A stretch of 64,000 nt of DNA from a virus (lineage: Duplodnaviria; Caudoviricetes), in the IMG/VR virus record IMGVR_UViG_3300033066_001722, positions 1 through 64,000 of that record; one strand, given 5' to 3'. Below are positions 1 through 8,942 of this stretch, piece after piece. The position numbers were made by a program, and so were the translations under genes. The notes beneath the pieces are model-generated. The model was not told the origin of the DNA. It did not search any database and saw only the letters and a list, made by a program, of their open reading frames with translations. Position 1 is the stretch's first letter. Every line of letters begins with the position of its first letter.

Positions 1-20
1 GTTCATCGTTGCGATCCTAA

Positions 21-707
21 CTACGCAGCCGACAGCGCCGGCTCGTGCCAAGGTCCATAGTGCTCGTACGCATGCACCAGCGTCCGCTGAAGCATCATGT
101 AGGCGAGCTCCTCTATCACCGTAGCGAGCTTTTGAACAGCAGCCTGACTGGGGTAGCGGCACAGGTGCAACGCCGCCTTCATAGCAGCGGCGTGTGCTGT
201 GTATGGGTCACGGCGGATGCGGACGGTCCCGACCGTCAGGACGTGACCATCCAAGGTCGCCAGCTCCGCCAGATACCACAAGACGTCCCCGAGCTCCTTG
301 GCGAGATCCTCTCGGAAGTCCTGACTGTCTCCTCGGATCCGGCGCTTCAGCTTGCCAGCGACCTCTCCGAGCTCCTCCAGGAGTCCGCTCTGGAGGCAGT
401 GAGTCTGCGTCTCAAGAGGCTGACTTTTGGAGAGGTTGAAGTTGGACGCCAGTGTCTGATAGACCGCGAGTGTGCGAGGGTAGGGTAGGGCCGTCGCGGT
501 CATGTCCTCCTGAACTTGGAGGGTTGAGACGAGGTAGAACTCAGACTCGTAGAGGAAGACATCCGACCCTCCACGGACCTGGATCGGTACGTCTGGTACG
601 AGGTGACCTTGTACTGTGGGTACCGCCTTAACCAGCTGTTCCGTCTGTAGCGACCCGTTCGGAGGGAAGACCCACTGACCTTTGAGGTTGAGAGTTGCGA
701 GCAGCAT
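21..707 (-). CDS. mazG: MazG-like nucleotide pyrophosphohydrolase
   Basis: Motif LLEELGEVAGKLKRRIRG...LAKELGDVLWYLAELA (EExxE...ExxD). An alternative in-frame ATG at 503 has a strong AGGAGG RBS. Confidence 0.8.
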   Translation of the reverse strand: MLLATLNLKGQWVFPPNGSLQTEQLVKAVPTVQGHLVPDVPIQVRGGSDVFLYESEFYLVSTLQVQEDMTATALPYPRTLAVYQTLASNFNLSKSQPLETQTHCLQSGLLEELGEVAGKLKRRIRGDSQDFREDLAKELGDVLWYLAELATLDGHVLTVGTVRIRRDPYTAHAAAMKAALHLCRYPSQAAVQKLATVIEELAYMMLQRTLVHAYEHYGPWHEPALSAA

Positions 708-725
708 ACCTGCTATGACGGCAGG

Positions 726-869
726 CTAGGCCTTGGTCGAGAGCGCATCGTCTGACAGTATCACCAGATCTAGACTCTCTCGGATGATGTAGAATCCCCT
801 GTCGAGAAGCTTGCGCACCACGACAGAGATGGAGTTCCGAACGAGCTGTTTGGAGATATAGACGAGCAC
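726..869 (-). CDS. small hypothetical protein (47 aa, below the ORF-track cutoff)
   Basis: Manual translation from GTG at 869 to TAG: MLVYISKQLVRNSISVVVRKLLDRGFYIIRESLDLVILSDDALSTKA. It fills the gap in a tightly packed operon. Confidence 0.4.
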   Translation of the reverse strand: MLVYISKQLVRNSISVVVRKLLDRGFYIIRESLDLVILSDDALSTKA

Positions 870-878
870 CCTAGAGTG

Positions 879-1124
879 CTAAACAGGGGATCGGAAGAAG
901 CGGATCAAGATGATGGCGATGAAGCAGAGGAGCATCCCGAGATTCGACAGCAGGATGTACGGATCATGGATCCGGTAGCCGTGGACGGTCCATACAGTCG
1001 TCGCAAAGACGGCAGACCCACTCCATAGATAGGAGCTCCCAAGCGGGACACGCCAGGCACGCACAACCTGCGGGACCAGGCTCAGGACAGCGATCGTTGC
1101 CGCGAGGCTAAGTAGAGCTTGCAT
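879..1124 (-). CDS. SemiSWEET / PQ-loop 3-TM transporter-like protein
   Basis: 81 aa with three hydrophobic segments, the PQ motif (SLVPQVVRAW), Trp in TM2 (TVWTVHG) and Asn in TM3 (ILLSNL). Confidence 0.7.
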   Translation of the reverse strand: MQALLSLAATIAVLSLVPQVVRAWRVPLGSSYLWSGSAVFATTVWTVHGYRIHDPYILLSNLGMLLCFIAIILIRFFRSPV

Positions 1125-1710
1125 CGTCTTTCCAGTTTGGGTTGTCTGTGGGTAGATGCCGTGTACAACGGGGCTCGTAGATCGAGTCTCCCACCAGTAT
1201 AGGACCCTCCTTCAGCACCTTGCAGATCGCGAACTGGGCTACCTCTCTGCAGATCGTACAGTAGGCGATCCGATGGGAGACTGAGGTAGCCCAGGAGACG
1301 ACCTCCAACGTCGTGTCGAAGGGCTTGAACTCCGTCGTGAAGAAGAGTCCAGCTGCGACGACGCGGGAGCCTCTCTCCAGTACCTTCAGCAGGAACTGAC
1401 GAGAAGCCGAGGGTGATGGACTCCGCTGTAGGAAGTGGATCTCATCGACGAGGATGACGGCCTCATCCGGGACTGGGATATCCACCCAGGAGGCCTCCTT
1501 CTGGAGGATGTAGTCGAACCGACGACTCCGTCCGTCTCGACTCCGCAGGTGGTCTCCGCTTCTCGTATCAAGCTCAGGTCGAACGCAATACACGAGGGCT
1601 CCCTCCCTCTCCGCAACCTGCGCGATATCCAACAGCTCAGCTGACTTGCCTGCGCACATCGGCCCGAGGACGATGCGCAGCGGATCATATCGACTCGTCT
1701 CGACCTTCAT
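1108..1710 (-). CDS. tdk: thymidine kinase
   Basis: GPMCAGKS Walker A, VILVDEIHF, VVAAGL, Zn ligands CTIC...YEPRCTRH. Start moved to ATG 1710 (ATGA overlap with the nrdJ stop). Confidence 0.9.
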   Translation of the reverse strand: MKVETSRYDPLRIVLGPMCAGKSAELLDIAQVAEREGALVYCVRPELDTRSGDHLRSRDGRSRRFDYILQKEASWVDIPVPDEAVILVDEIHFLQRSPSPSASRQFLLKVLERGSRVVAAGLFFTTEFKPFDTTLEVVSWATSVSHRIAYCTICREVAQFAICKVLKEGPILVGDSIYEPRCTRHLPTDNPNWKDDASST

Positions 1711-4397
1711 CCGCAACCTCCTGGAGAACCGCAGTTCAGGCACTTGACGCACGGACCTTGTCGTACTGTCAGATGGCCACACTCCGCACAGGGAGGACCA
1801 TTCGCGTAGGTCGACACGATCGTTGAAGCTTCGACCTTCGGATAGACCCCGGCAGGAATCTGGATCTTGGTCGGGATCTCGTCTCGTAGAGCTCCCGACT
1901 CATTCAACGTGATGGCGGTATCGCGTAGCGTCGGACCCTTCAGCATCTTCGCCAGATGCTGACAGATGTAGTCGATAAGAGAAGACGCCGAACTGACATC
2001 CTGATCCTCCGACGTGAACCCAGACGGCTCGAACCGCGTATGCTGGAACTTGGTGATCACGACCTCAGGCTCAATACCGGCCTGAAGCCCCATACTGACG
2101 GCGATCGCCCAGGCGTCCAGTAGTGCTCCTACCGTCGATCCTTCCTTGTGCATCCGAACGATGATCTCTCCGAAGGATCCGTCCGGATGGTGATTGACCG
2201 TGAGGAGCCCCTCGTGACCGGCGAGATTGAGCTTGACGGTCTGCCCGTACCGGTGCTGTGGCAGACGCTTGCGATCACCCCAACGACGCTCCGTCTTCAC
2301 AGCCTCCTGCAAGGTCTGCTTCTGTTGCTCTGTCTTCGACGTCGAAACCGGCTGACTACGCTTGCAGCCGTTACGATAGACTGCGACGGCCTTCAGCCCC
2401 AGACGCCAGGCCATCATATAGGCGTTTTCGATGTCCTCGACCGTGCAATCGTTGGGTAGGTTGACGGTCTTGCTGATCGCACCCGACAGGAAAGGCTGGC
2501 AGGCTGCCATCATGAGGATGTGACCTTCGACGGAGATCGAGCGCTTGCCGTTCGCGGGACTGAAGGCACAGTCGAAGACCTTCTGATCCTGCTCGGTGAT
2601 CGGAGACTCGATCAGTTCACCATTTAGGATGACGTCCTCGATCGTGTCATAGCGTGCGATATGCTCGAGAGCAGCCTCGATGTTGTGATCGTCATAGGCC
2701 AGACGCTGTAGCGCCTCGCGCACCGTCTGGTTGACGAGCTTGAGCGTCCCACCGCCGACGAGTCGCTTGTACTTGACCAGCGCGATGTCCGGCTCGATAC
2801 CCGTCGTGTCGACGTCCATCATGAATCCAATCGTACCCGTCGGAGCCAAGACGGTCGTCTGTGCATTGCGATAGCCGTGCAACTCGCCGAGGTCGACTGC
2901 TATCTCCCACTCCCGCTGCGCGACTTTGGACAGACGATTGGCTTCCCCTGCGCCTCGATTCAAGTTGTTCGCTGCCATCTGATGCTGACGCATAACACGC
3001 ATGAAGTCGGTGCGGTTGTTGGCGTAACCGTCGAATGGCCCGACGAGCTCCGCCAGACGCGCGCTCATCGCATAGGCCCGTCCGGTCATGATCGCAGTGA
3101 TCGCAGCTGCGATCAATCGACCGTCTGACGAGTCGTAGGGCAGACCCCATGCCATGAGGAACGCACCCAGATTCGCATAGCCGAGTCCGAGAGGGCGATA
3201 GGCCTTGCTGTTGCGGGTGATCTTGGCCGTTGGGTAGCGGCTGTTGTCAACGATCGACTCCTGTGCCAGAATCGTCAGCTCGACGGCGTATGTGAAGCTG
3301 ACAACGTCGAACTCGTCTCGACGTTGGAACTTGCGCAGGTTCAGCGACGCCAGGTTGCACGCGCTGTCGTCCAGGAACATGTACTCCGAGCACGGGTTCG
3401 ACGCGAAGATCCTGGAGGTCGTCAGGCAGGTATGCCAGCGGTTGATCGTCGTATCGTACTGCAGTCCGGGGTCACCGCACTCGTATGCAGCGACCGCGAT
3501 CGAACGGAAGATATCGTACGCCTGATAGGTCTGGTGGACCTCTCCCGTAGTCACATAGTGAGTCGCCCAGGAACCTCGCGCTTCGACAGCCTTCATGAAC
3601 TCGTCTGAGACGCGCACGGAGTTGTTCGAGTTCTGATAGAAGACCGAACGGTAGGCCTCTCCGTTGAAGGACCCGTCGTACCCTGCGTCGATGAGTGCGT
3701 GTGCTTTACGCTCCTCAGCTGCCTTGCACTGGATGAACTCCAGCACGTCGGGATGATCGTCGTTCAAGATGACCATCTTCGCAGCACGGCGAGTCTTGCC
3801 CCCGGACTTGATGACGCCTGCGAAGGAGTCGAAGCCCTTCATGAAGCTCACCGGGCCAGAGGCGTAGCCCTCCTTCGAGGAGCGTAGGGTCGAGAGGTTC
3901 GATCCCGTACCAGAGCCATACTTGAACAGCATACCCTCAGTCTTGGCGAGCTCCAGGATACTCTCGAGTGTGTCCTCGACGGAGTTGATGAAGCAGGCCG
4001 AGCACTGTGGATGGTCTTCGACGCCGACGTTGAACCACACAGGCGAGTTGAAGGACATGTACTGCAGGATGACGAGAGCGTAGAGCTCCTCCTCGTAGAG
4101 GAGGCGCTGCTCTTCTCCGATGTACGGGACGGCCCATCGTGCGAGGACACGAACGACGCGACGAACGACATCGAAGATGCTGGATTCACGCTCCGCGGTT
4201 CCGACCTGTCCTCGGAAGTACTTCGAGACGACGACTTGAACAGCGAGGTAGCTCCACCCGGCAGGCGCAGTCACGCCTTGTTGCCGGAAGTAGACCTTTC
4301 CGGTGTCGTCTGTGATCTCGACGTCGTGCTGGACAGGCTGTAGGTAGGCTGCACGCTCGGATAGGAGTTTGGAGAAGTAGGGTTTGATCTCAATCAT
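1707..4397 (-). CDS. nrdJ: class II (B12-dependent) ribonucleotide reductase with C-terminal TSCPD-like and Zn-ribbon domains
   Basis: FNSPVWFN, QCSACFI, ASNPCSEYMFLDDSACNLASLN, TVLAPTGTIG, GAISKTVNLP; C-terminal CAECG...CLNCG. Confidence 0.95.
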   Translation of the reverse strand: MIEIKPYFSKLLSERAAYLQPVQHDVEITDDTGKVYFRQQGVTAPAGWSYLAVQVVVSKYFRGQVGTAERESSIFDVVRRVVRVLARWAVPYIGEEQRLLYEEELYALVILQYMSFNSPVWFNVGVEDHPQCSACFINSVEDTLESILELAKTEGMLFKYGSGTGSNLSTLRSSKEGYASGPVSFMKGFDSFAGVIKSGGKTRRAAKMVILNDDHPDVLEFIQCKAAEERKAHALIDAGYDGSFNGEAYRSVFYQNSNNSVRVSDEFMKAVEARGSWATHYVTTGEVHQTYQAYDIFRSIAVAAYECGDPGLQYDTTINRWHTCLTTSRIFASNPCSEYMFLDDSACNLASLNLRKFQRRDEFDVVSFTYAVELTILAQESIVDNSRYPTAKITRNSKAYRPLGLGYANLGAFLMAWGLPYDSSDGRLIAAAITAIMTGRAYAMSARLAELVGPFDGYANNRTDFMRVMRQHQMAANNLNRGAGEANRLSKVAQREWEIAVDLGELHGYRNAQTTVLAPTGTIGFMMDVDTTGIEPDIALVKYKRLVGGGTLKLVNQTVREALQRLAYDDHNIEAALEHIARYDTIEDVILNGELIESPITEQDQKVFDCAFSPANGKRSISVEGHILMMAACQPFLSGAISKTVNLPNDCTVEDIENAYMMAWRLGLKAVAVYRNGCKRSQPVSTSKTEQQKQTLQEAVKTERRWGDRKRLPQHRYGQTVKLNLAGHEGLLTVNHHPDGSFGEIIVRMHKEGSTVGALLDAWAIAVSMGLQAGIEPEVVITKFQHTRFEPSGFTSEDQDVSSASSLIDYICQHLAKMLKGPTLRDTAITLNESGALRDEIPTKIQIPAGVYPKVEASTIVSTYANGPPCAECGHLTVRQGPCVKCLNCGSPGGCG

Positions 4398-4800
4398 GAC
4401 TTTCGTTGACCTTGACTGCGCCCTGCTGAAGCAGGCGCTGGATGTGCTCGAAGCGTGTCGCGTCGATGGTCTTCAAGCGACGCTCCACCTTCGATCGGAT
4501 TTGACGGACGGACTCGATAGACTGGATCCCGAACTCACGGGCAGCTTCTCGCAAGCTCATACCGTCGTCGATCTTCTTGTAAAGTTCGATGTCTCGAACA
4601 TGTCGCTTGATCTCGTCTGCCGACGGAATGCGAAGCGTTCGGCCAGCAAAGATCTGGAGGAACTTCACGAAGTACTTGTCTCCGAAGACCTCCAACAGCT
4701 CTGGTAAGGGTGTATGCTCCGCGATGTACATCACGGTAGCGTAGTTGCCACCGAGGATTGTCGCATAGTCGAATGGCTCAAATTCTTCGTTATTGGTCAT
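4390..4800 (-). CDS. Mor-like / HTH transcriptional regulator
   Basis: FLQIFAGRTLRIP followed by HTH-like GMSLREAAREFGIQSIESVRQI. Confidence 0.55.
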   Translation of the reverse strand: MTNNEEFEPFDYATILGGNYATVMYIAEHTPLPELLEVFGDKYFVKFLQIFAGRTLRIPSADEIKRHVRDIELYKKIDDGMSLREAAREFGIQSIESVRQIRSKVERRLKTIDATRFEHIQRLLQQGAVKVNESHD

Positions 4801-5755
4801 ACAGCCTCCCGCGAATGAGATCCCAGAGTGGACGCGGTGCCATTCCGCGCATTCGCATGATTAGCTCCGCCATCCGGACGCGTACCATGAGCTGGTCAAA
4901 GAACCCTTGTAGTATCGTCCGCGGATTGCGGTAGCCGTAGAGTCCACTGTAGTCGCGCACGACCTCTACAGGCAGCTCCTCTCCAGTCAGAAGGTAGTAC
5001 TCTAGAGCCTCCCTCGCCAGTCGCAGGAGCGTCTGTCGGTTCGCATTTGCAAGAGGTAGACGCAGCCGATCGAGGATCTTGTCGTAGAATCGACGAGCAC
5101 GCACCATCGATTGCGCCAGCTCGATTCGCTCGTCTGCAGACAACGATTCTGGAGACGCAACCATGGCGAGCTGTCGTGCATCTCCGTAGGACATCTCCCC
5201 GCGCTCTGCAGCCTCGTACGGGTCTAGACCACTGATACGTGGGTAGTCACGCTCGCGATAGCCTATATCGTTGAGGCCGAACTTCGTCCCCCAGTTGTTT
5301 GCGTAGACACGCAGCCAATTGAGCGGACTCATGTTCGTTCGATATGAACCTCGTCGCAGACTCTGTAGAGCGTAGTCGAAGATGTAGAGGAACCAATCGA
5401 CATTCTCGTCATTCTCTCGCAGATTGATGTTGTACCGACGATAGCGCTTTGCCGCGTTCGCAGTCAGCTGTCGACAGAGAGTCGCGAGCTGCGCGAGACA
5501 GCGCTCCTCAAGATACTTGAGTCGTACTCGACCAGCCTCTGCGATGTTTCCCTGAGTCCGCAGCTCGTAGTACTCACCGTACTCTCGTACCCACTCACTC
5601 TCAGAGAAGGTCGTTCTCGCGATTGATAGGATGGCACGGTAGATCGGAGATGCGCTGCGGTTCGCTGTCGCAAGAATCGCAGTCTGCCTCTCCGGAGGTA
5701 GAGATCTGAAGGATCCCTTCGGGGTATCCAGCTCACTGGAGCGTAGGTCACGCAT
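4790..5755 (-). CDS. putative sigma-factor-like transcription protein
   Basis: Weak region-2-like segment (LCRQLTANAAKRY...FDYALQSLRR...SPLNWLRVYANN). Start moved to ATG 5755 next to the upstream stop. Confidence 0.4.
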   Translation of the reverse strand: MRDLRSSELDTPKGSFRSLPPERQTAILATANRSASPIYRAILSIARTTFSESEWVREYGEYYELRTQGNIAEAGRVRLKYLEERCLAQLATLCRQLTANAAKRYRRYNINLRENDENVDWFLYIFDYALQSLRRGSYRTNMSPLNWLRVYANNWGTKFGLNDIGYRERDYPRISGLDPYEAAERGEMSYGDARQLAMVASPESLSADERIELAQSMVRARRFYDKILDRLRLPLANANRQTLLRLAREALEYYLLTGEELPVEVVRDYSGLYGYRNPRTILQGFFDQLMVRVRMAELIMRMRGMAPRPLWDLIRGRLYDQ

Positions 5756-6464
5756 CGCTGGCCACCTGCACATAGACGCAGGATGCATACGGTAGCAGGA
5801 CCTGCGTGCGATGGATACTGTCGTAGTGATCCACGAGCGAGTCGTCTCGACCAATCGACTTGAAGATGGCGTCCTGGATCATCTTGTCCAGGGCACTCAA
5901 GTCGATCGTTCGACGTTCGAAGTACTCCTCCGGAGTGCGAAGCGCTGTCTGGAGCCATGCCAGGTTCAGTTCGATGGAGCCCTCTCGGGCCTTTCCAAAC
6001 ATCGACCGCAGGGCCTCTACACGCTCGCCAGCGCCCTTTCTGAAAGGGGCCTGGGCAGCGGCAAGGCAATGGTCCCAAGTCACGTCCTGGTGGAGCTGGA
6101 GAGTTCCTAGTGAGCGTAGGAACGCGGGCGTCAACCGATCCAGTCCAAGGCTTGCCGCCAGCAGACAGACCTCATGCGCAGGTTGGAGGAACCAACAGTT
6201 CTTGAAGTGCTCCCGGTTCCGGTAGTACGGATGGGGATTCACCCAGAACCAGTCTCCGTAGTAGTGGAAGCGCATGTGGAGCGTCTTCGCTTTGAGCAAC
6301 CAACCAGGTACGGCCTCCCGCTTGAATCGCGCTTCAAGCAGGGCAGCTAACTGCTCCTTGGCACCTCTCGCCTCTGGCGAGAGGATCAGTCTGCCTCGGA
6401 TATTGATCATCGCATTGTTCCACGGGATCGGCGATCCAGGGAAGACGAACTCGATCGTACGCAT
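5748..6464 (-). CDS. rusA: RusA-like Holliday junction resolvase with a large internal insertion
   Basis: N-terminal IEFVFPGSPIPWN, C-terminal DLSALDKMIQDAI...GRDDSLV. Start probably ATG 6464. Confidence 0.6.
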   Translation of the reverse strand: MRTIEFVFPGSPIPWNNAMINIRGRLILSPEARGAKEQLAALLEARFKREAVPGWLLKAKTLHMRFHYYGDWFWVNPHPYYRNREHFKNCWFLQPAHEVCLLAASLGLDRLTPAFLRSLGTLQLHQDVTWDHCLAAAQAPFRKGAGERVEALRSMFGKAREGSIELNLAWLQTALRTPEEYFERRTIDLSALDKMIQDAIFKSIGRDDSLVDHYDSIHRTQVLLPYASCVYVQVASDA

Positions 6465-6465
6465 C

Positions 6466-6735
6466 TCAGCCTCGCTCAACTATCGTTGCATGTCCACATT
6501 GGGTGCTGTGGCTCGTAGCAGCTTGCCTTGCTCCTGCGCGCGTCTTCGCGCGTCTATACCGACCACAGTCAAGGCATCTCCAGTACGTTGGGATCATGAC
6601 TCTGAGAGGTCGATAGCCCTCTCTCCTCGGCAGCGTCACCTGAGCTGGACCTTCAGGCTTCGGCCAGCTTGGTGCAGACTCAGACTGAGTCCACCAACTG
6701 ACCACTCGATCTAGGTAACTGCGAAGCCAGCTCAT
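6466..6735 (-). CDS. small Zn-finger-like hypothetical protein
   Basis: RCLDCG...HSTQCGH; ATGA overlap at 6732-6735. Confidence 0.5.
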   Translation of the reverse strand: MSWLRSYLDRVVSWWTQSESAPSWPKPEGPAQVTLPRREGYRPLRVMIPTYWRCLDCGRYRRAKTRAGARQAATSHSTQCGHATIVERG

Positions 6736-7424
6736 CGCTGAGCCTCCCACTCCTCAAGGTGAGACTTGATCTCGTCACATACGAGCCGAAGGATGACGCG
6801 CGCCTCAGGTTGATCTGAGCCGTACGTCGACGCTATGGTCTGCTGTTGTTGGTCATTCAGCGCAACGTACTCTCTGAGGTCGGCAAGTTGCCGTCGAGCT
6901 GCGACACCCTGGTTCAGCAGCTGTGTCAGCTTCGGCATGACCTTGTCAAGGACCTTGACGAACCGAGCCTCTGAAGAGGCTAGAGATTCGTACTCGACGA
7001 GACGCTGTCCTAACCAGGGCCAGCATCGGAATTCAAGATAGAGCTCCCTGAGGGCAACCGACTCTCGTCGATGCTTGTCCTCGCGCCCTTGATCGCTGAT
7101 CTTCAGCGTAGAAACGTCCCCGGTCTTGACCTCTACCAGATCGTGGACCAGTGCGTATTGGGCAACGAGTCCTACATCGAGTCGTGGACGTCGCGCTATC
7201 CGAGATCTACAGCCTTCCAGCGGACCTACGATTGAGCTGTCCTGTCCTTCCGCCTCACGATTCACCTGTTCTGCGACCGCACAGGCGATCAAGGAAAGCA
7301 TCACAGTGTGATCGGTATCACTCTCGGGTGTGATACCATCCTGGTGTGCTGTGACTCGGTTGACACGCCCGAAGTCGAGCGCAAGCGACGCAAGCTTCAA
7401 CAGCGACGCGACTGTGATTGTCAT
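6732..7424 (-). CDS. HD-domain phosphohydrolase (YfbR/HDDC2-like)
   Basis: ESDTDHT, ALVHDLVEVKTGD, EARFVKVLDK. Confidence 0.85.
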   Translation of the reverse strand: MTITVASLLKLASLALDFGRVNRVTAHQDGITPESDTDHTVMLSLIACAVAEQVNREAEGQDSSIVGPLEGCRSRIARRPRLDVGLVAQYALVHDLVEVKTGDVSTLKISDQGREDKHRRESVALRELYLEFRCWPWLGQRLVEYESLASSEARFVKVLDKVMPKLTQLLNQGVAARRQLADLREYVALNDQQQQTIASTYGSDQPEARVILRLVCDEIKSHLEEWEAQR

Positions 7425-8455
7425 ACGCGGACCCCTTGAACGTCTCGTCGGACACGTCCCATCTGGTAGAGGATCTCTGCTCTATCCTGGATGAGTGAGT
7501 TGAACTCGTACTCCCGCCAGATGTCGTCGAGATGTTTCTCGTTCACAGCCCAGGGAGCTTGCAACTGACGGCGTACCATAGCCAGCTGCTCCTCGTCGAG
7601 GAGGTCAATGGTCAGCAGATCCACCAGGAGGAAGTTCTGGATCAGAGCTGCCTTCGACTCCGAGAGCATCTTGAAGCCTTTCCCTCCGAGAGAAGAAGCA
7701 CAGCTCAGGATGTGGTCCCAGTTCGGCTCGCCGTCGAGGTACTGATCGTCGATGTTGCGTGCGAAGTCACGCGCCTTCTTCTCTCCGATGCGTGCATCCG
7801 GCGCAGCCTTTGGAACATCGTCTCCTGGATCTCCGAGGATGCAGTGACAGAGGCGATACTGCAAGGGCGTAATCTCGTGGATCTGCGTGAACCTCTCCCG
7901 GTTCAGGATCTCTCCCTCTTTTGAGAGGTGACCACGATCGAGTCGTGTCCCAGGGATCTGGAGAAGCTGATAGTAGTCCTTGTCCCCGGAGCAGAGTAGC
8001 GCTCCCGGATTCGTCCGTGCAAGATGCGCGATCACGTCGTCCGCCTCGACGCCTTTGATCCACAGCTGCGGGACTCCAGAGGCTGTCAGGACTTTGCGAG
8101 AGCTCTTCAACTGCTCTAGGACAGACTTGTCCTCCTCGGGGTCGAAAATCGGAGAGCCGTGCTCGTCGTACTTGCGGCGACTCTCTTTGTACGTCGGGAG
8201 GATCGCCTTGCGTCGACTGCTACCTCCGTCCCAGACGAAGAGGATACGCGCTCCGCGATACATCTTCAGGATCGAGTAGGCCAGTCTCTGGAATCCGTAG
8301 AGACCATCGACCGGTATCCCCTTGCTCGTGAAGAGCCCTTTGTGAGCATGTAGCCCTCGGTGGAAGACGTTTGTCGCGTCGACGAGCACGAGCTCTGCTC
8401 GTGTATCCGCTGCGACGGGGGCCTCGTCGAGGTCGATCTCAAATTCAATCTGCAT
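7421..8455 (-). CDS. 5'-3' exonuclease / flap endonuclease (stand-alone PolI N-terminal-type nuclease)
   Basis: LVDATNVFHR, FVWDGG, RKAILPTYKESR, GVEADDVI, SGDKDYYQL, ILGDPGDDVP. Confidence 0.9.
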   Translation of the reverse strand: MQIEFEIDLDEAPVAADTRAELVLVDATNVFHRGLHAHKGLFTSKGIPVDGLYGFQRLAYSILKMYRGARILFVWDGGSSRRKAILPTYKESRRKYDEHGSPIFDPEEDKSVLEQLKSSRKVLTASGVPQLWIKGVEADDVIAHLARTNPGALLCSGDKDYYQLLQIPGTRLDRGHLSKEGEILNRERFTQIHEITPLQYRLCHCILGDPGDDVPKAAPDARIGEKKARDFARNIDDQYLDGEPNWDHILSCASSLGGKGFKMLSESKAALIQNFLLVDLLTIDLLDEEQLAMVRRQLQAPWAVNEKHLDDIWREYEFNSLIQDRAEILYQMGRVRRDVQGVRV

Positions 8456-8900
8456 TTGACTTCCTGCTTAGTTGTTGATGGATCCGAGGATAGCAGTCAG
8501 CCAGATACTGACCGGGGCCTAGCATCCAATGCCAAGCGTTCTGTTGTCGACGACAGTCAGACAGGAACTCTTCCCATCGGAGCTCCATGAGGCGGATGAA
8601 GGGCTCTGGTGAGCCTCGCTCTCGATATCGATTCAGGTACTCCTCCTTGAGGAGCGGATCTGGGTAGACAAGGATGGTACGTTGACCAGCCTTCGCAAGA
8701 CCATCGCGTACTTCCTTGTGCGTTGAGGCGAGGATGAGCTCATGCAAGCCATGACTTGCACGCTCAATCAGCACGTCGACGTAGTTCTGAGGCCACTGCG
8801 CATCCTTGGCGAAGGCGCTCGAGTCTGTGTCGAGTACGTTCGCCTGCTTGGCGAGGTAGGATTTCCCGACTCCGGGAAATCCACAGAGGATTCTGGTCAT
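8445..8900 (-). CDS. P-loop NTPase / kinase-like phage protein
   Basis: ILCGFPGVGKS Walker A at the N-terminus. Confidence 0.7.
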   Translation of the reverse strand: MTRILCGFPGVGKSYLAKQANVLDTDSSAFAKDAQWPQNYVDVLIERASHGLHELILASTHKEVRDGLAKAGQRTILVYPDPLLKEEYLNRYRERGSPEPFIRLMELRWEEFLSDCRRQQNAWHWMLGPGQYLADCYPRIHQQLSRKSNAD

Positions 8901-8942
8901 GGAGACTTGGACGGGCGTCGAGATGCTGGATCCGGCGATTGG

